Part shown: positions 23,896 to 32,997 of the stretch, piece by piece
How the letters are laid out: each line of letters starts with the position of its first letter
Position numbering within the stretch: position 1 is the first letter of the stretch
Source: a virus
Lineage: Duplodnaviria > Caudoviricetes
Strand: one strand, 5' to 3'
Virus record (IMG/VR): IMGVR_UViG_3300025112_000016
Coordinates: 1-53,846 of that record
Length of the DNA stretch: 53,846 nt
Program-made: the position numbers and the translations under genes
The notes under the pieces: model-generated
The model's input: the letters and a program-made list of their open reading frames with translations, nothing else
Told to the model about the DNA's origin: nothing
Database searches by the model: none

Positions 23896-24879
23896 TTGAC
23901 AAGCGTTGAAATACTTTTAGGTGATGCACTCAGCAGAGTGAAAACATTAGCCGAAGGAAGTATTCAAACAGTTGTTACATCACCACCGTATTGGGGATTA
24001 AGAGATTATGGCACCGCTAGTTGGGAAGGCGGTGATAGCACTTGCGAACATTCTATTTCGATGCCTTCGAAGTGGACAGATAAAAAACGGAGAGCAGACC
24101 GCCCCGAAGTCGCTAACCGTGGGGGAGACAATAGCAAGTGCCACAAATGTGGAGCCCTCCGCATAGATGAACAAATTGGATTAGAGTCATCACCAGAGAA
24201 ATATATTAGCAATCTCGTCCAGTTATTTGATGAGATTAAACGAATTTTAGCAGACGATGGAACCGTCTGGATTAACATAGGGGACAGCTATGTTGGTCAG
24301 TCGTGGTCAGGCAAAGGAAATGTAGGCAGCGATAAGAAAGGAAGAAGGGGAGCAGGTCATAAGAAGCAAGGGAAAGGATTGAAACCCAAAGACCTGGTAG
24401 GCATTCCGTGGATGCTCGCTTTCGCAATGAGAGAAGCGGGGTGGTATCTAAGAAGCGATATCATCTGGGCCAAGCCAAATCCTATTCCAGAACCTGTGAG
24501 AGACAGACCCACCAGAGCACACGAATACATTTTTTTATTTTCAAAAAACCGCAAATATTACTACGATTACGAAGCAGTAAAAGAAAAAACGGTGGACGGG
24601 TTGGGGCTGAGAAATGCCCGAGATGTATGGTTTATAACACCTCGTCAGCATCGTGGGGAACACATTGCAGTGTTTCCTTTTGAGTTACCTGAGAGATGTA
24701 TATTAGCTGCTACGCGCGTAGGAGACACCGTATTGGACCCCTTTGTAGGAAGTGGCACTGTCTGTGAAGTAGCTAAGAGATTAAATAGAAACAGCGTTGG
24801 CATAGAATTAAACGAGCGATATTTTAATATAGCAGCGAAGTTAATGAAGATTACTACATTGGAGGACTTCAGTGGCTAA
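23896..24879 (+). CDS. DNA N4-cytosine/N6-adenine methyltransferase (beta class)
   Basis: Catalytic TSPPY precedes the SAM motif DPFVGSGT. Also IIWAKPNP and HEYIFLFSK. Confidence 0.93.
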   Translation: MTSVEILLGDALSRVKTLAEGSIQTVVTSPPYWGLRDYGTASWEGGDSTCEHSISMPSKWTDKKRRADRPEVANRGGDNSKCHKCGALRIDEQIGLESSPEKYISNLVQLFDEIKRILADDGTVWINIGDSYVGQSWSGKGNVGSDKKGRRGAGHKKQGKGLKPKDLVGIPWMLAFAMREAGWYLRSDIIWAKPNPIPEPVRDRPTRAHEYIFLFSKNRKYYYDYEAVKEKTVDGLGLRNARDVWFITPRQHRGEHIAVFPFELPERCILAATRVGDTVLDPFVGSGTVCEVAKRLNRNSVGIELNERYFNIAAKLMKITTLEDFSG

Positions 24880-25357
24880 AGTTGATACGGGTAAGAATTT
24901 TGAAAGTGAGATTCGCAAATCTTTAAAAAAAGTTAATTGCTTCTGGTTCAGGATACAAGATACTAATGATGTATCGCGATTTGTTAAATTAGCCATTGCT
25001 GAAAAACAACCAGCTGACTTTATGGCTGTTTGTAAAGGTGTTCCAGTATTAATAGAGTGTAAGACTAGTAAAAGAGAAACATCTTTTCCTCTGTATTATA
25101 GCCGAACTCGTGCTATTCCTGTGCATCAGGTAGAAGCAGCGAAGAAAATGGAGAAGAATGGCGGTAAAGCTTTTTTTCTATTGAGAAAGGATAAACCCCG
25201 AGCCAAAAGAGTATTTGCAGTGAATTACCGAGTCATTGAGAAGTTTTATAAAAATAAGAAAAAATCAGTGAAGTGGGAACAAATTGAAAAAGAGGCGATT
25301 GAACTGTCTTCCTTTTCAAATCCTCTACGTTGGCATCTGGAGCCGATACTTTTATAA
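24872..25357 (+). CDS. Holliday-junction resolvase-like PD-(D/E)XK nuclease (Hjc/RecU-like)
   Basis: GKNFE, PADF, IECK and HQ motifs. Confidence 0.75.
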   Translation: MAKVDTGKNFESEIRKSLKKVNCFWFRIQDTNDVSRFVKLAIAEKQPADFMAVCKGVPVLIECKTSKRETSFPLYYSRTRAIPVHQVEAAKKMEKNGGKAFFLLRKDKPRAKRVFAVNYRVIEKFYKNKKKSVKWEQIEKEAIELSSFSNPLRWHLEPILL

Positions 25358-25379
25358 ATCAGCAAGAGATGTGAAAAAA

Positions 25380-25550
25380 ATGGTAGTGAATAAGAATGAG
25401 GTCAAAACGATAATGAAAATACTACGAGAGTATTGGACTGAATCTTCGATAGAAATGGTGTTACAACAGGTGTGGGAAAGCGTGGGCAAACACAGTGAAA
25501 ATGTATCCCTCCAAGAAACCATAATCAGAATGAAAGAGGATAAATTATGA
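25380..25550 (+). CDS. Hypothetical protein
   Basis: MVVNKNE start follows TTTTATAAA near 25350. Confidence 0.55.
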   Translation: MVVNKNEVKTIMKILREYWTESSIEMVLQQVWESVGKHSENVSLQETIIRMKEDKL

Positions 25551-25900
25551 CTATTTTAAGTGAGTTTTGTCGGATGCTGAATGACCCTGATAAGGACATT
25601 GAGCTAGATACTATAATAAAGAATGACCGTGAAAAAGCAATTTATGAGAAGTGGATACAAATATTCAATACTATTACACCCTTTAATATTCCTCAAGGAG
25701 CTGCATTGATAGACTCTTCTTTTAAAATGGGCAAGAGGGATTGTCTTATTTTTTTATCTTATATGAAATTTTTTGAACAGCGGTTGGAAACAATGAAAAA
25801 GAGGGACGGCACAATGCCATCCGCTGATGAAATGATGAACCAGCTAGTAAATGCAATGGATAAAGAAGGAGTAGGTCGTGACACATCATATATCGGATAA
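25547..25900 (+). CDS. Hypothetical protein
   Basis: 117 aa, GAGG SD, overlapping operon. Confidence 0.65.
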   Translation: MTILSEFCRMLNDPDKDIELDTIIKNDREKAIYEKWIQIFNTITPFNIPQGAALIDSSFKMGKRDCLIFLSYMKFFEQRLETMKKRDGTMPSADEMMNQLVNAMDKEGVGRDTSYIG

Positions 25901-26171
25901 GGAGCGCCAGTTTCAGAACATCTGGAGCAAACAAGGAACGAAAAGTAGAGATAGGCTATGTCAAAAAATGAAATCAAGAGGAGTGGAGCCCACATATACA
26001 ATGTGTCGCCACTATTGGTTGGGAAAAATCCAGCCATACAAGGAACCTAACACGGGTGAAGTAGTACACATCCACATAGGGGAAATCAAAAGGAGGAAAC
26101 GAAGATATGGAAGAACCTCACGGATATTGGAGAACAAAAATCGACATAAGAAACGCAGACCTAACAGGTGA
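25878..26171 (+). CDS. Hypothetical basic protein
   Basis: GTG start after GGAG. Confidence 0.5.
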   Translation: MTHHISDKERQFQNIWSKQGTKSRDRLCQKMKSRGVEPTYTMCRHYWLGKIQPYKEPNTGEVVHIHIGEIKRRKRRYGRTSRILENKNRHKKRRPNR

Positions 26172-26409
26172 TTGGTGGCCTTTCGTTGAAAACATCAACG
26201 ATATACTGGAACGAATGCAGGAACTTGAAAATGAAATCGACGCTATATCAAATGGTGTAGGTGAAGCTAAGGGACTTGGAAGAGGCCTATACAAACTTTT
26301 ATATAAGTTAGGCTTCCTTGACAAGGAGTGGAAAATCAACTGGGTAGCAGCCCAAAATTTAAAGGAGATGTTGGAAAATGACAGAAATGAAGAAGGAAAC
26401 GGAAAATAA
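26107..26409 (+). CDS. Hypothetical protein
   Basis: GGAGG SD. 100 aa. Confidence 0.65.
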   Translation: MEEPHGYWRTKIDIRNADLTGDWWPFVENINDILERMQELENEIDAISNGVGEAKGLGRGLYKLLYKLGFLDKEWKINWVAAQNLKEMLENDRNEEGNGK

Positions 26410-26683
26410 GACTGACCAGAGAGCTCTCTTGGAAAGTTTTTATCAGCTAGATAAAGAAAACAGTGCATTGCGCGGTGGTAATAAGCATATTTTCAAAATT
26501 GGTGTAGTAAGCCTAGAAATTGTACCTACATCTAAAACAGAATCGTTGGATGATGTGTTTAAACTATTCATCAAATTTGCTAGAGAACTAAAGAAACTGC
26601 ACGGTGACGACCATCTAGTTGCTAAATTTCTAAGTGAAGGGGATGGAATGGCGCCTCCTGTAGGCGAAATGATGATAGGATGA
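26378..26683 (+). CDS. Hypothetical protein
   Basis: GGAG SD. 101 aa. Confidence 0.65.
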   Translation: MTEMKKETENKTDQRALLESFYQLDKENSALRGGNKHIFKIGVVSLEIVPTSKTESLDDVFKLFIKFARELKKLHGDDHLVAKFLSEGDGMAPPVGEMMIG

Positions 26684-26970
26684 TTGGATTAAAAGAAGGA
26701 GCTTCTGTAGGACGCTGTGGATGGTGTAAAAGCCATATAAAAGACGGTGACAGGATGGTAGCTTCTCGGTTTGCCAAGATTATACACGCAAAATGGTATT
26801 GTGGCGATTGTCTACTCTCTTTAAAAGATACTGTAGATAATATAGATGTGCATACCGAATATATGAAAGATAGAAAAAGTGCCAACGAAAAGGATGATTT
26901 TAGCGAAGTTAACAGAAAGTATTATGTTGATGATACAGGTAAACTGCATCGCAACAAAGGCTTTAAGTAG
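26680..26970 (+). CDS. Zn-finger protein
   Basis: CGWC...CGDC. Confidence 0.65.
   Translation: MIGLKEGASVGRCGWCKSHIKDGDRMVASRFAKIIHAKWYCGDCLLSLKDTVDNIDVHTEYMKDRKSANEKDDFSEVNRKYYVDDTGKLHRNKGFK
26956..26970 (+). promoter_or_regulatory. TATA promoter of the replication operon
   Basis: AAAGGCTTTAAGTAG. The same CTTTAAGTAG core occurs before nrdJ. Confidence 0.55.
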
Positions 26971-27002
26971 CAACTTAGCGTGCTTAGCAATAGGTCGAAA
27001 CT

Positions 27003-27227
27003 ATGACTGACAACAAGAACAACGGATTGGAGGAGCTTTCAGGGCTCTTCCGTAATGAAAGCAAGAAGGGCGATATCTACTACGGTGGCAAGCTCAGCGA
27101 TGGAACTGAAGTGGTTATGTTCCGTAACTCCTACTGGGAGGAAGGAAAGAACCGCCCCTATTTCCGTCTATACAAGAGAACGGAAGAGGGAACACAAGGA
27201 AAGAAAGCTGAAACAGTCCAAGACTAG
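27003..27227 (+). CDS. DUF736/PC4-like small nucleic-acid-binding protein
   Basis: GLFRNESKKGDIYYGG...MFRN...RPYFRLY pattern. Confidence 0.6.
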   Translation: MTDNKNNGLEELSGLFRNESKKGDIYYGGKLSDGTEVVMFRNSYWEEGKNRPYFRLYKRTEEGTQGKKAETVQD

Positions 27228-27917
27228 ATGAGTGACTTTAGCGACTGGCTGCAATCGGGTAAAAGTGAGAGAGTCTGGCTTTCAGACTCAATGACCGCTC
27301 TTGCTCAATTTGCATATATTAATCCTCTTCACAGATTAAAACATTGGGATGCTAAAAAGCATCGAAGGGTTGATTGTTGGCAACAACGAGAACAAAAATG
27401 TTACTACTGTGAAGCAGGTCTCTCCCAAATACACGATTATACTTATGGGATGTACATAGAGAAGGGAAACACCGAGATAAAATATCTCAGCACCACTCTT
27501 ACAACTCATACATTATTCCAAAGAACATTTTCTCAAATGTTTGACAAGAATGAAAATCCCTGCGATTTGATATTTGCTTTTGAACGTACTAAAATTACGT
27601 CGCTTAAAGGAGCACGAGTCAATGGATACAGTATTAAATACACAAAAGATAAGGAAATGTTTGTTCCAGAAGTGATGCGCCCATCTCCACTCACTCCGCA
27701 CCAAAACAAGGTGCGTGATTTCAAATGGGTTGTTCCAGAAGAAATCGTACTTAATCTAATTGATGATGATGGCAAACCATTCAATTTAATTGACTTGTTC
27801 TTGAAGATAAAAGACATTGCTCCCCGTCTAAGCGAAAAGAAAGCCAAAGCCTATGCCATTGGATTACTTGAAAATGGAATAATTGACGTAAGAAAGGCAA
27901 AGGAGTATAGACAGTGA
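27228..27917 (+). CDS. Possible Zn-binding SSB (gp32-like)
   Basis: HW....RVDC......CYYC arrangement, located directly before the helicase-like gene. Confidence 0.45.
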   Translation: MSDFSDWLQSGKSERVWLSDSMTALAQFAYINPLHRLKHWDAKKHRRVDCWQQREQKCYYCEAGLSQIHDYTYGMYIEKGNTEIKYLSTTLTTHTLFQRTFSQMFDKNENPCDLIFAFERTKITSLKGARVNGYSIKYTKDKEMFVPEVMRPSPLTPHQNKVRDFKWVVPEEIVLNLIDDDGKPFNLIDLFLKIKDIAPRLSEKKAKAYAIGLLENGIIDVRKAKEYRQ

Positions 27918-29314
27918 GTGATTTTGAAATAGAAGATTTAGTAAGATACTTTCACAATGTAAAAAATAACAAAGGTGAATTGGTACCCATTATTGGAGAA
28001 GATAAACTAGCTGTAACATCAGTGTTAGCTTATTTATTAGAAGATACCAATTTTATGATTAACGCATACAGTGGGACAGGCAAGACTGTTATTATGAATG
28101 CAGTATTCCAACTGTTAGAGAACACGGGCATTCCTTATGTTGTTATTGAACAGTTATCTGATACAGCATTGTGGTATGATATGGAAAGGATAAACAATGC
28201 ACGTTTCATTGCTATTCCTGAAGCACAGAAATGTCCCGAGAGTATCATTGAAATTTTAAAGACGTGGGCTGATGACCGACCTGCAGAAAGAAGACGCACT
28301 GATGTCACTATTCAGGACATACGACGACAGACACTTCATCCTAAATTTGTTTTTATGTGCAAAGCAGTGGAAAACACACGCGGTAATCTTTTTCTGGATG
28401 CAGAATTGGAACGTCGTTATATGATAACCCATACCAATCCCACAGTTAAACAGACAGAAGATGTGCTCAAGCAGAAACTTAGGGCTGCATCATCTCCCGA
28501 TGGAGATTTACAAACGATGAGTGATGAAGAAATAAGTGGATTAAAGAAACATATAGTAGATTGTATCGTCCAGCGTGATGATTCACAGGCAGTTAAGATA
28601 AGAAATCCTTGTGCTCCATTTTTGTTTGATATTATCCCTACACTATTTCCTATTGCTAGAAGTAAAGTACATTACTTCTTAAAGATAATAAATGCCGTAG
28701 CCCGTTTCTTCCCTGATGATATAATGAGGGTAGAGAGGGAGGATGAAACATACGGATTGATAACTCCTAAACATAATTGGTTAGCAACTCAAATATATAT
28801 TGATACCTTTGTTACCGAATGTTTGCAGATGCCATCGCACGGCATTGATATACTTCACCTCATTCCAGATAGCGAAATGGATAGCTACGGTATGATAAGC
28901 AGTGACGTTACAAAGATGTCCACTAAAGAAATTCAACAAGCAGCTCGGGCTGCAGGTCTTCCCTTTGCTCAGAAAAACATCAACCCGTTGCTACAATCAT
29001 TGGTAATGTTAGGTTTCCTGGAGATGGAGGAAAGTGATAAGAAGAAGCGGTCCTTCTTTAAATCACCACTGATTAGAGAACCCAGTACCAAAATCGATTG
29101 GGCTGTTTTAATGGGAGCCACTCAAGAATTAGTAAGAGATAGCTGGCCCGAAATAGCTGATGAATATATCACCACCCACTGTAATGAAGTGCCAGTTACT
29201 AATCCCTTCACGCAGGAAAAGGTGATACTGACTGCCGATTCTACAGTTTCTCCTAAAAAGAAACCAGATTACGAAACGTCCACAGCAGACTATGGAGAAT
29301 GGTTGAATGAGTAA
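27914..29314 (+). CDS. MCM-like AAA+ replicative helicase (divergent)
   Basis: Walker A AYSGTGKT, LSDTALWY, Walker B variant IAIPE, arginine finger DAELERR, and a wHTH-like C-terminus. Confidence 0.65.
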   Translation: MSDFEIEDLVRYFHNVKNNKGELVPIIGEDKLAVTSVLAYLLEDTNFMINAYSGTGKTVIMNAVFQLLENTGIPYVVIEQLSDTALWYDMERINNARFIAIPEAQKCPESIIEILKTWADDRPAERRRTDVTIQDIRRQTLHPKFVFMCKAVENTRGNLFLDAELERRYMITHTNPTVKQTEDVLKQKLRAASSPDGDLQTMSDEEISGLKKHIVDCIVQRDDSQAVKIRNPCAPFLFDIIPTLFPIARSKVHYFLKIINAVARFFPDDIMRVEREDETYGLITPKHNWLATQIYIDTFVTECLQMPSHGIDILHLIPDSEMDSYGMISSDVTKMSTKEIQQAARAAGLPFAQKNINPLLQSLVMLGFLEMEESDKKKRSFFKSPLIREPSTKIDWAVLMGATQELVRDSWPEIADEYITTHCNEVPVTNPFTQEKVILTADSTVSPKKKPDYETSTADYGEWLNE

Positions 29315-29603
29315 AATACGATTACCTTATGCACCTCGTGGTGAAATGTTTGCATTGGTCAAAGAATTAAGCGGAGGCTCGCGCTTAATAGCTGTATGTG
29401 AAGATAACAAGACTCGGATGATAAGAATCGGAGGCCGTCTTAAAAAAAAAGTATGGGTACGACAGGGAGACCTGCTTATAATAAAAAAATGGACTGTCCA
29501 AGAGGATTCAAAAGGCGATTTGGTTTATCGTTATATTAAAACTCAGCAAGAAGTTTTAAAAAGAGACGGCCTACTCCCTGAAAATATGGATATTAAACTA
29601 TGA
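29307..29603 (+). CDS. eif1a: Archaeal translation initiation factor aIF-1A
   Basis: IRLP..GEMFALV..LSGGSR...CEDNKTRMIRIGGRLKKKVWVRQGDLLII..W..Q..KGDLVYRY. Confidence 0.93.
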   Translation: MSKIRLPYAPRGEMFALVKELSGGSRLIAVCEDNKTRMIRIGGRLKKKVWVRQGDLLIIKKWTVQEDSKGDLVYRYIKTQQEVLKRDGLLPENMDIKL

Positions 29604-31831
29604 ATATTCCTTTGATAGCAATTTCTGGTCGCAATTCTTTCAATCGACAGACACGCAAACAGAATGTAATCATATGGGGAAGAGGGAGAGATAAAATAAT
29701 AGTTCCCTCTCCTCGTGAACATTATTATTATGTAAGGGGTGATGGTGGACTTTATAATGTTCTAGGTAGGAATAAAAAAATTCCATTCAAGAAACATCTT
29801 GTAGAGAATGCAAGTGAACTCAATCCAGATTTAATTGGACCTACTGCTAAGATAGATGGGGTAATTAATAATGAATTGGAACGAATATGCATAGAACATC
29901 CCGACTTTTTTACTGGTTTTGCAGGAGCAGAACCATCTTCTTTGGGGTTTGACCTTGAAGTTCATTCATCCGATGGTTCTTTTCCTAAGGGTGAAAAGCA
30001 CCCTATCGTAGCTATAGGTGTAGTAACAGGAGCTGGAGACCGCAGGGTTTTCACGTGGGACGGGGAAAGTGATAAGGAAGCCATTTTAAAATTCTTAGAT
30101 TTCATAAAAGAATATGACCCTGATATTCTTTACGGTTATAATGTTATTGGATATGATTTCCCTCAGCTTTTTGCACGTGCTAAGGTAAATGGAATTCAAT
30201 TAAAGCCATACCTTAACCGCGAAAACAATGCTACGTTTGGGTGGGAATCAGATTTTTCCTACCATAAGCGAGCAAAGCTTCAAGCGTGGGGACGTATAAT
30301 AGTAGACGTTTATAATTTTGTAGGTCGTGACTATGCATTGTCAGGCCAAAGTAAAAGTCTTAAAAATGTCTCCAGATTTTATGGATTAAATCCTATTGAA
30401 TTAAACTTTGCAGCTAAAGATATACTTCAATACTCCGAAGAGGAAATAGAAGAATATGTTTTGAGTGACTGCGACTGTACCAAATTTTTATTTAATCACT
30501 ACTTTCCTCAACATAAGTTTATCGCTGAATTTCTAAGAGTCCCTCTTGAAATGTATATTAACGGTCCAGATAACTTTATTACTAAAATACTTCAGGGGAG
30601 GGCTCTATATAAACAAAAGATATTAACATTAGATAAAAACATTGACCGTCATCCAGATATAAAAAGTTTTCAGGCAGCACATATTAAACTATATAGACCT
30701 GGATTTCATCCACGAAACATAAAGATAGATTTTAAATCGATGTATCCCAGTATTGCTATGGCATTAAATCTAGGACCCGATACCACGCGTATCATAGGAT
30801 ATGAAAATTACAATATAAATGAATTTGGTTGTACCACTACCCCTAACTCGATGTTACTTACTATCCCCGATAATGTATTGAACAAGAATGTAATAATTAA
30901 AGTAGACCAAAGCCATAAGTCTTGTCTTTATCAAATGTCTAAAGAATTTAAAGACCTGAGGGAACCATTTAAACATCAGGATAGTCACGAATCTAAGAGT
31001 AAATCCAATGCCTTAAAAATTATGGTCAATACATTTTATGGTGCTAACACTAATCTCTATATGACATACGGGGATATCTCAGTAGGCGTAGCCATTACAG
31101 GAATTGCACGGTGGTTGATAATGGGAGCCAAGTCATTAATACAAAAACGATATGGAGACAATACAGTGGTCTATATACACACTGATGGTGTTAATTTATC
31201 TATGGATGTGGACATTGAATGGGTCAATAACGAATTACAGAAAGCGATGGGTATCGTCTTTCCCTTGTCTGAATCAGAATGGATAGAAGTAGAGAAGGAA
31301 GAATTTAAAGAAGGATACTGGCTCCAGATTGGCAATTATGTATTAAGAAATCTCGACGGTACACTAACACGGCACGGAAGTACATTCAAATCCAAAAGTC
31401 GTTCAATGTTCTATAAAAAGATAATTGATGAAATCATCGAAGCAGCAATGAGCAAGAGTGTAGATAAACAATTTATGGATAATATATATAATCTGGATAG
31501 GTATGAGCTTAGTGATTTTAAACAACAGCGGACAATGAATCAAAAACTCAGCGAATACAAGTCTGAAAACGACCTCGTGGTACAGCTAGCGAGGGATGCT
31601 GCTAAAATAGGAATGGAGGTGGGTCCCGGTACTACTTTTATGTATTATAAGACGATGGATGGGTATCATTTGGAACAATTTGTCAAATCTAAGGACGACA
31701 TAGATATTAAATACCACTGGAACATCGTCACTTCACTGATGAAGAAATTCAGCCTTGAACGATGGGTCAAAAAGAAAGTTCCAATAACGGTTCTTGATAA
31801 GAATCAACAGAGTTTGATGGAGTTTGTATGA
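29600..31831 (+). CDS. polB: Family B DNA polymerase with 3'-5' exonuclease
   Basis: FDLE, GYNVIGYDF, YVLSD, DFKSMYPS, KIMVNTFYG and HTDG. Confidence 0.95.
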   Translation: MNIPLIAISGRNSFNRQTRKQNVIIWGRGRDKIIVPSPREHYYYVRGDGGLYNVLGRNKKIPFKKHLVENASELNPDLIGPTAKIDGVINNELERICIEHPDFFTGFAGAEPSSLGFDLEVHSSDGSFPKGEKHPIVAIGVVTGAGDRRVFTWDGESDKEAILKFLDFIKEYDPDILYGYNVIGYDFPQLFARAKVNGIQLKPYLNRENNATFGWESDFSYHKRAKLQAWGRIIVDVYNFVGRDYALSGQSKSLKNVSRFYGLNPIELNFAAKDILQYSEEEIEEYVLSDCDCTKFLFNHYFPQHKFIAEFLRVPLEMYINGPDNFITKILQGRALYKQKILTLDKNIDRHPDIKSFQAAHIKLYRPGFHPRNIKIDFKSMYPSIAMALNLGPDTTRIIGYENYNINEFGCTTTPNSMLLTIPDNVLNKNVIIKVDQSHKSCLYQMSKEFKDLREPFKHQDSHESKSKSNALKIMVNTFYGANTNLYMTYGDISVGVAITGIARWLIMGAKSLIQKRYGDNTVVYIHTDGVNLSMDVDIEWVNNELQKAMGIVFPLSESEWIEVEKEEFKEGYWLQIGNYVLRNLDGTLTRHGSTFKSKSRSMFYKKIIDEIIEAAMSKSVDKQFMDNIYNLDRYELSDFKQQRTMNQKLSEYKSENDLVVQLARDAAKIGMEVGPGTTFMYYKTMDGYHLEQFVKSKDDIDIKYHWNIVTSLMKKFSLERWVKKKVPITVLDKNQQSLMEFV

Positions 31832-31971
31832 AGAAAGTAACTGCTAATAAAATATGTAAAGAATGCGGTACTCCAATGTTTCGCCGTGGAGTTGACGTAG
31901 ATTACGGAAAGATGCTAGAAGGATGGTCGTGCCCTAAATGTCACACAACAACGTGGGATGAGATAAAATGA
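31828..31971 (+). CDS. 47-aa Zn-ribbon microprotein
   Basis: CKECGTPM...WSCPKC. Confidence 0.55.
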   Translation: MKKVTANKICKECGTPMFRRGVDVDYGKMLEGWSCPKCHTTTWDEIK

Positions 31972-32256
31972 CGGTAACCGAATGGCTATTATTCTTTGCA
32001 ATAATAGATGGTCCTCTATTAGGTTTATTATACTTGGTATGGAGGAAATTAAATGAAACTAAGTGAATATTTATATAATAAAATAATACTTGACCATTGG
32101 GAAGTAAAAGAAAAAGACATACGGAAATGGATATATGACTGGTATGTAGATGAATATGATAGACGACCTCCAATATGGTTGTTGGGGAAGAAGGGAAAGG
32201 ATGAGTTGGAATGAATTTAGTTATGGATGGATACAAATATTTATGTTGCTTAGCAT

Positions 32257-32688
32257 ATGGGGTGTAGAATGGTGAATATCAATAAAGATTTAGAATGGGG
32301 TTTAAAAAGAGAACAATATACAATGAAGTTTGTTTCTAAAGAATTGAGCGACCACGGAAAATTCAAGAAGTTAGAAAAGTATGACAGTTTTGATTACTGT
32401 GCGTGGCAAGAAGACAAGTGCTGTTTCATAGAAATCAAGTCACGACGTATTGGATATGAAGATTATGAAGAAACAATTGTTCCGGCTAGCAAAATCCGAA
32501 AAGCATTGAAACTTATCGGGTTGGGACATAAAGCATTCATTGCTCTCAATTTTACGGATGGTATATATCTATTGAATTTATGCAATGCAAGGATGCACTT
32601 TGGATACAACGCTCGAACTGATAGAGGAGCGCTAGAGCTAAATCACTATGCTTTTATTCCACTTAATCAATTTAAGAAACTAGCATAG
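32257..32688 (+). CDS. PD-(D/E)XK endonuclease-like protein
   Basis: E, FDY, IEIKSRR, SKI and FTDG motifs typical of phage restriction-like nucleases. Confidence 0.75.
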   Translation: MGCRMVNINKDLEWGLKREQYTMKFVSKELSDHGKFKKLEKYDSFDYCAWQEDKCCFIEIKSRRIGYEDYEETIVPASKIRKALKLIGLGHKAFIALNFTDGIYLLNLCNARMHFGYNARTDRGALELNHYAFIPLNQFKKLA

Positions 32689-32750
32689 ACTTTATATATC
32701 TACTTTGGTTATGTTTATATCAACACATTTAAAATGTGCAGGTGAAAGAA

Positions 32751-32987
32751 ATGACTGAAGAAAAAATGTCGGACCATATGCTCTCATTAATTCTGTCTAC
32801 GATTGATAGAACACGAGAATGCAAGATTGTGTGGAGCGAAGGAGATAAGGAAAAGGTTGGAAGAGGCAAAATTAAAGCAGACGATGATAATTTTGTTTTC
32901 TTAGTAGGTGAACGAGGGAAAGTTATAGTAAATAAAGTCAACATCATTGCAATAAAGCAAGCTGGTGACGATGTAAAGAACGAATAA
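32751..32987 (+). CDS. Sm/LSm-like small beta-barrel protein
   Basis: Helix followed by KIVW...GKIKADDDNFVFL...VIVNKVNIIAI. Own TATA (TTTATATA at 32691) and GGTGA SD. Confidence 0.55.
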   Translation: MTEEKMSDHMLSLILSTIDRTRECKIVWSEGDKEKVGRGKIKADDDNFVFLVGERGKVIVNKVNIIAIKQAGDDVKNE

Positions 32988-32997
32988 GAGGTATGAA

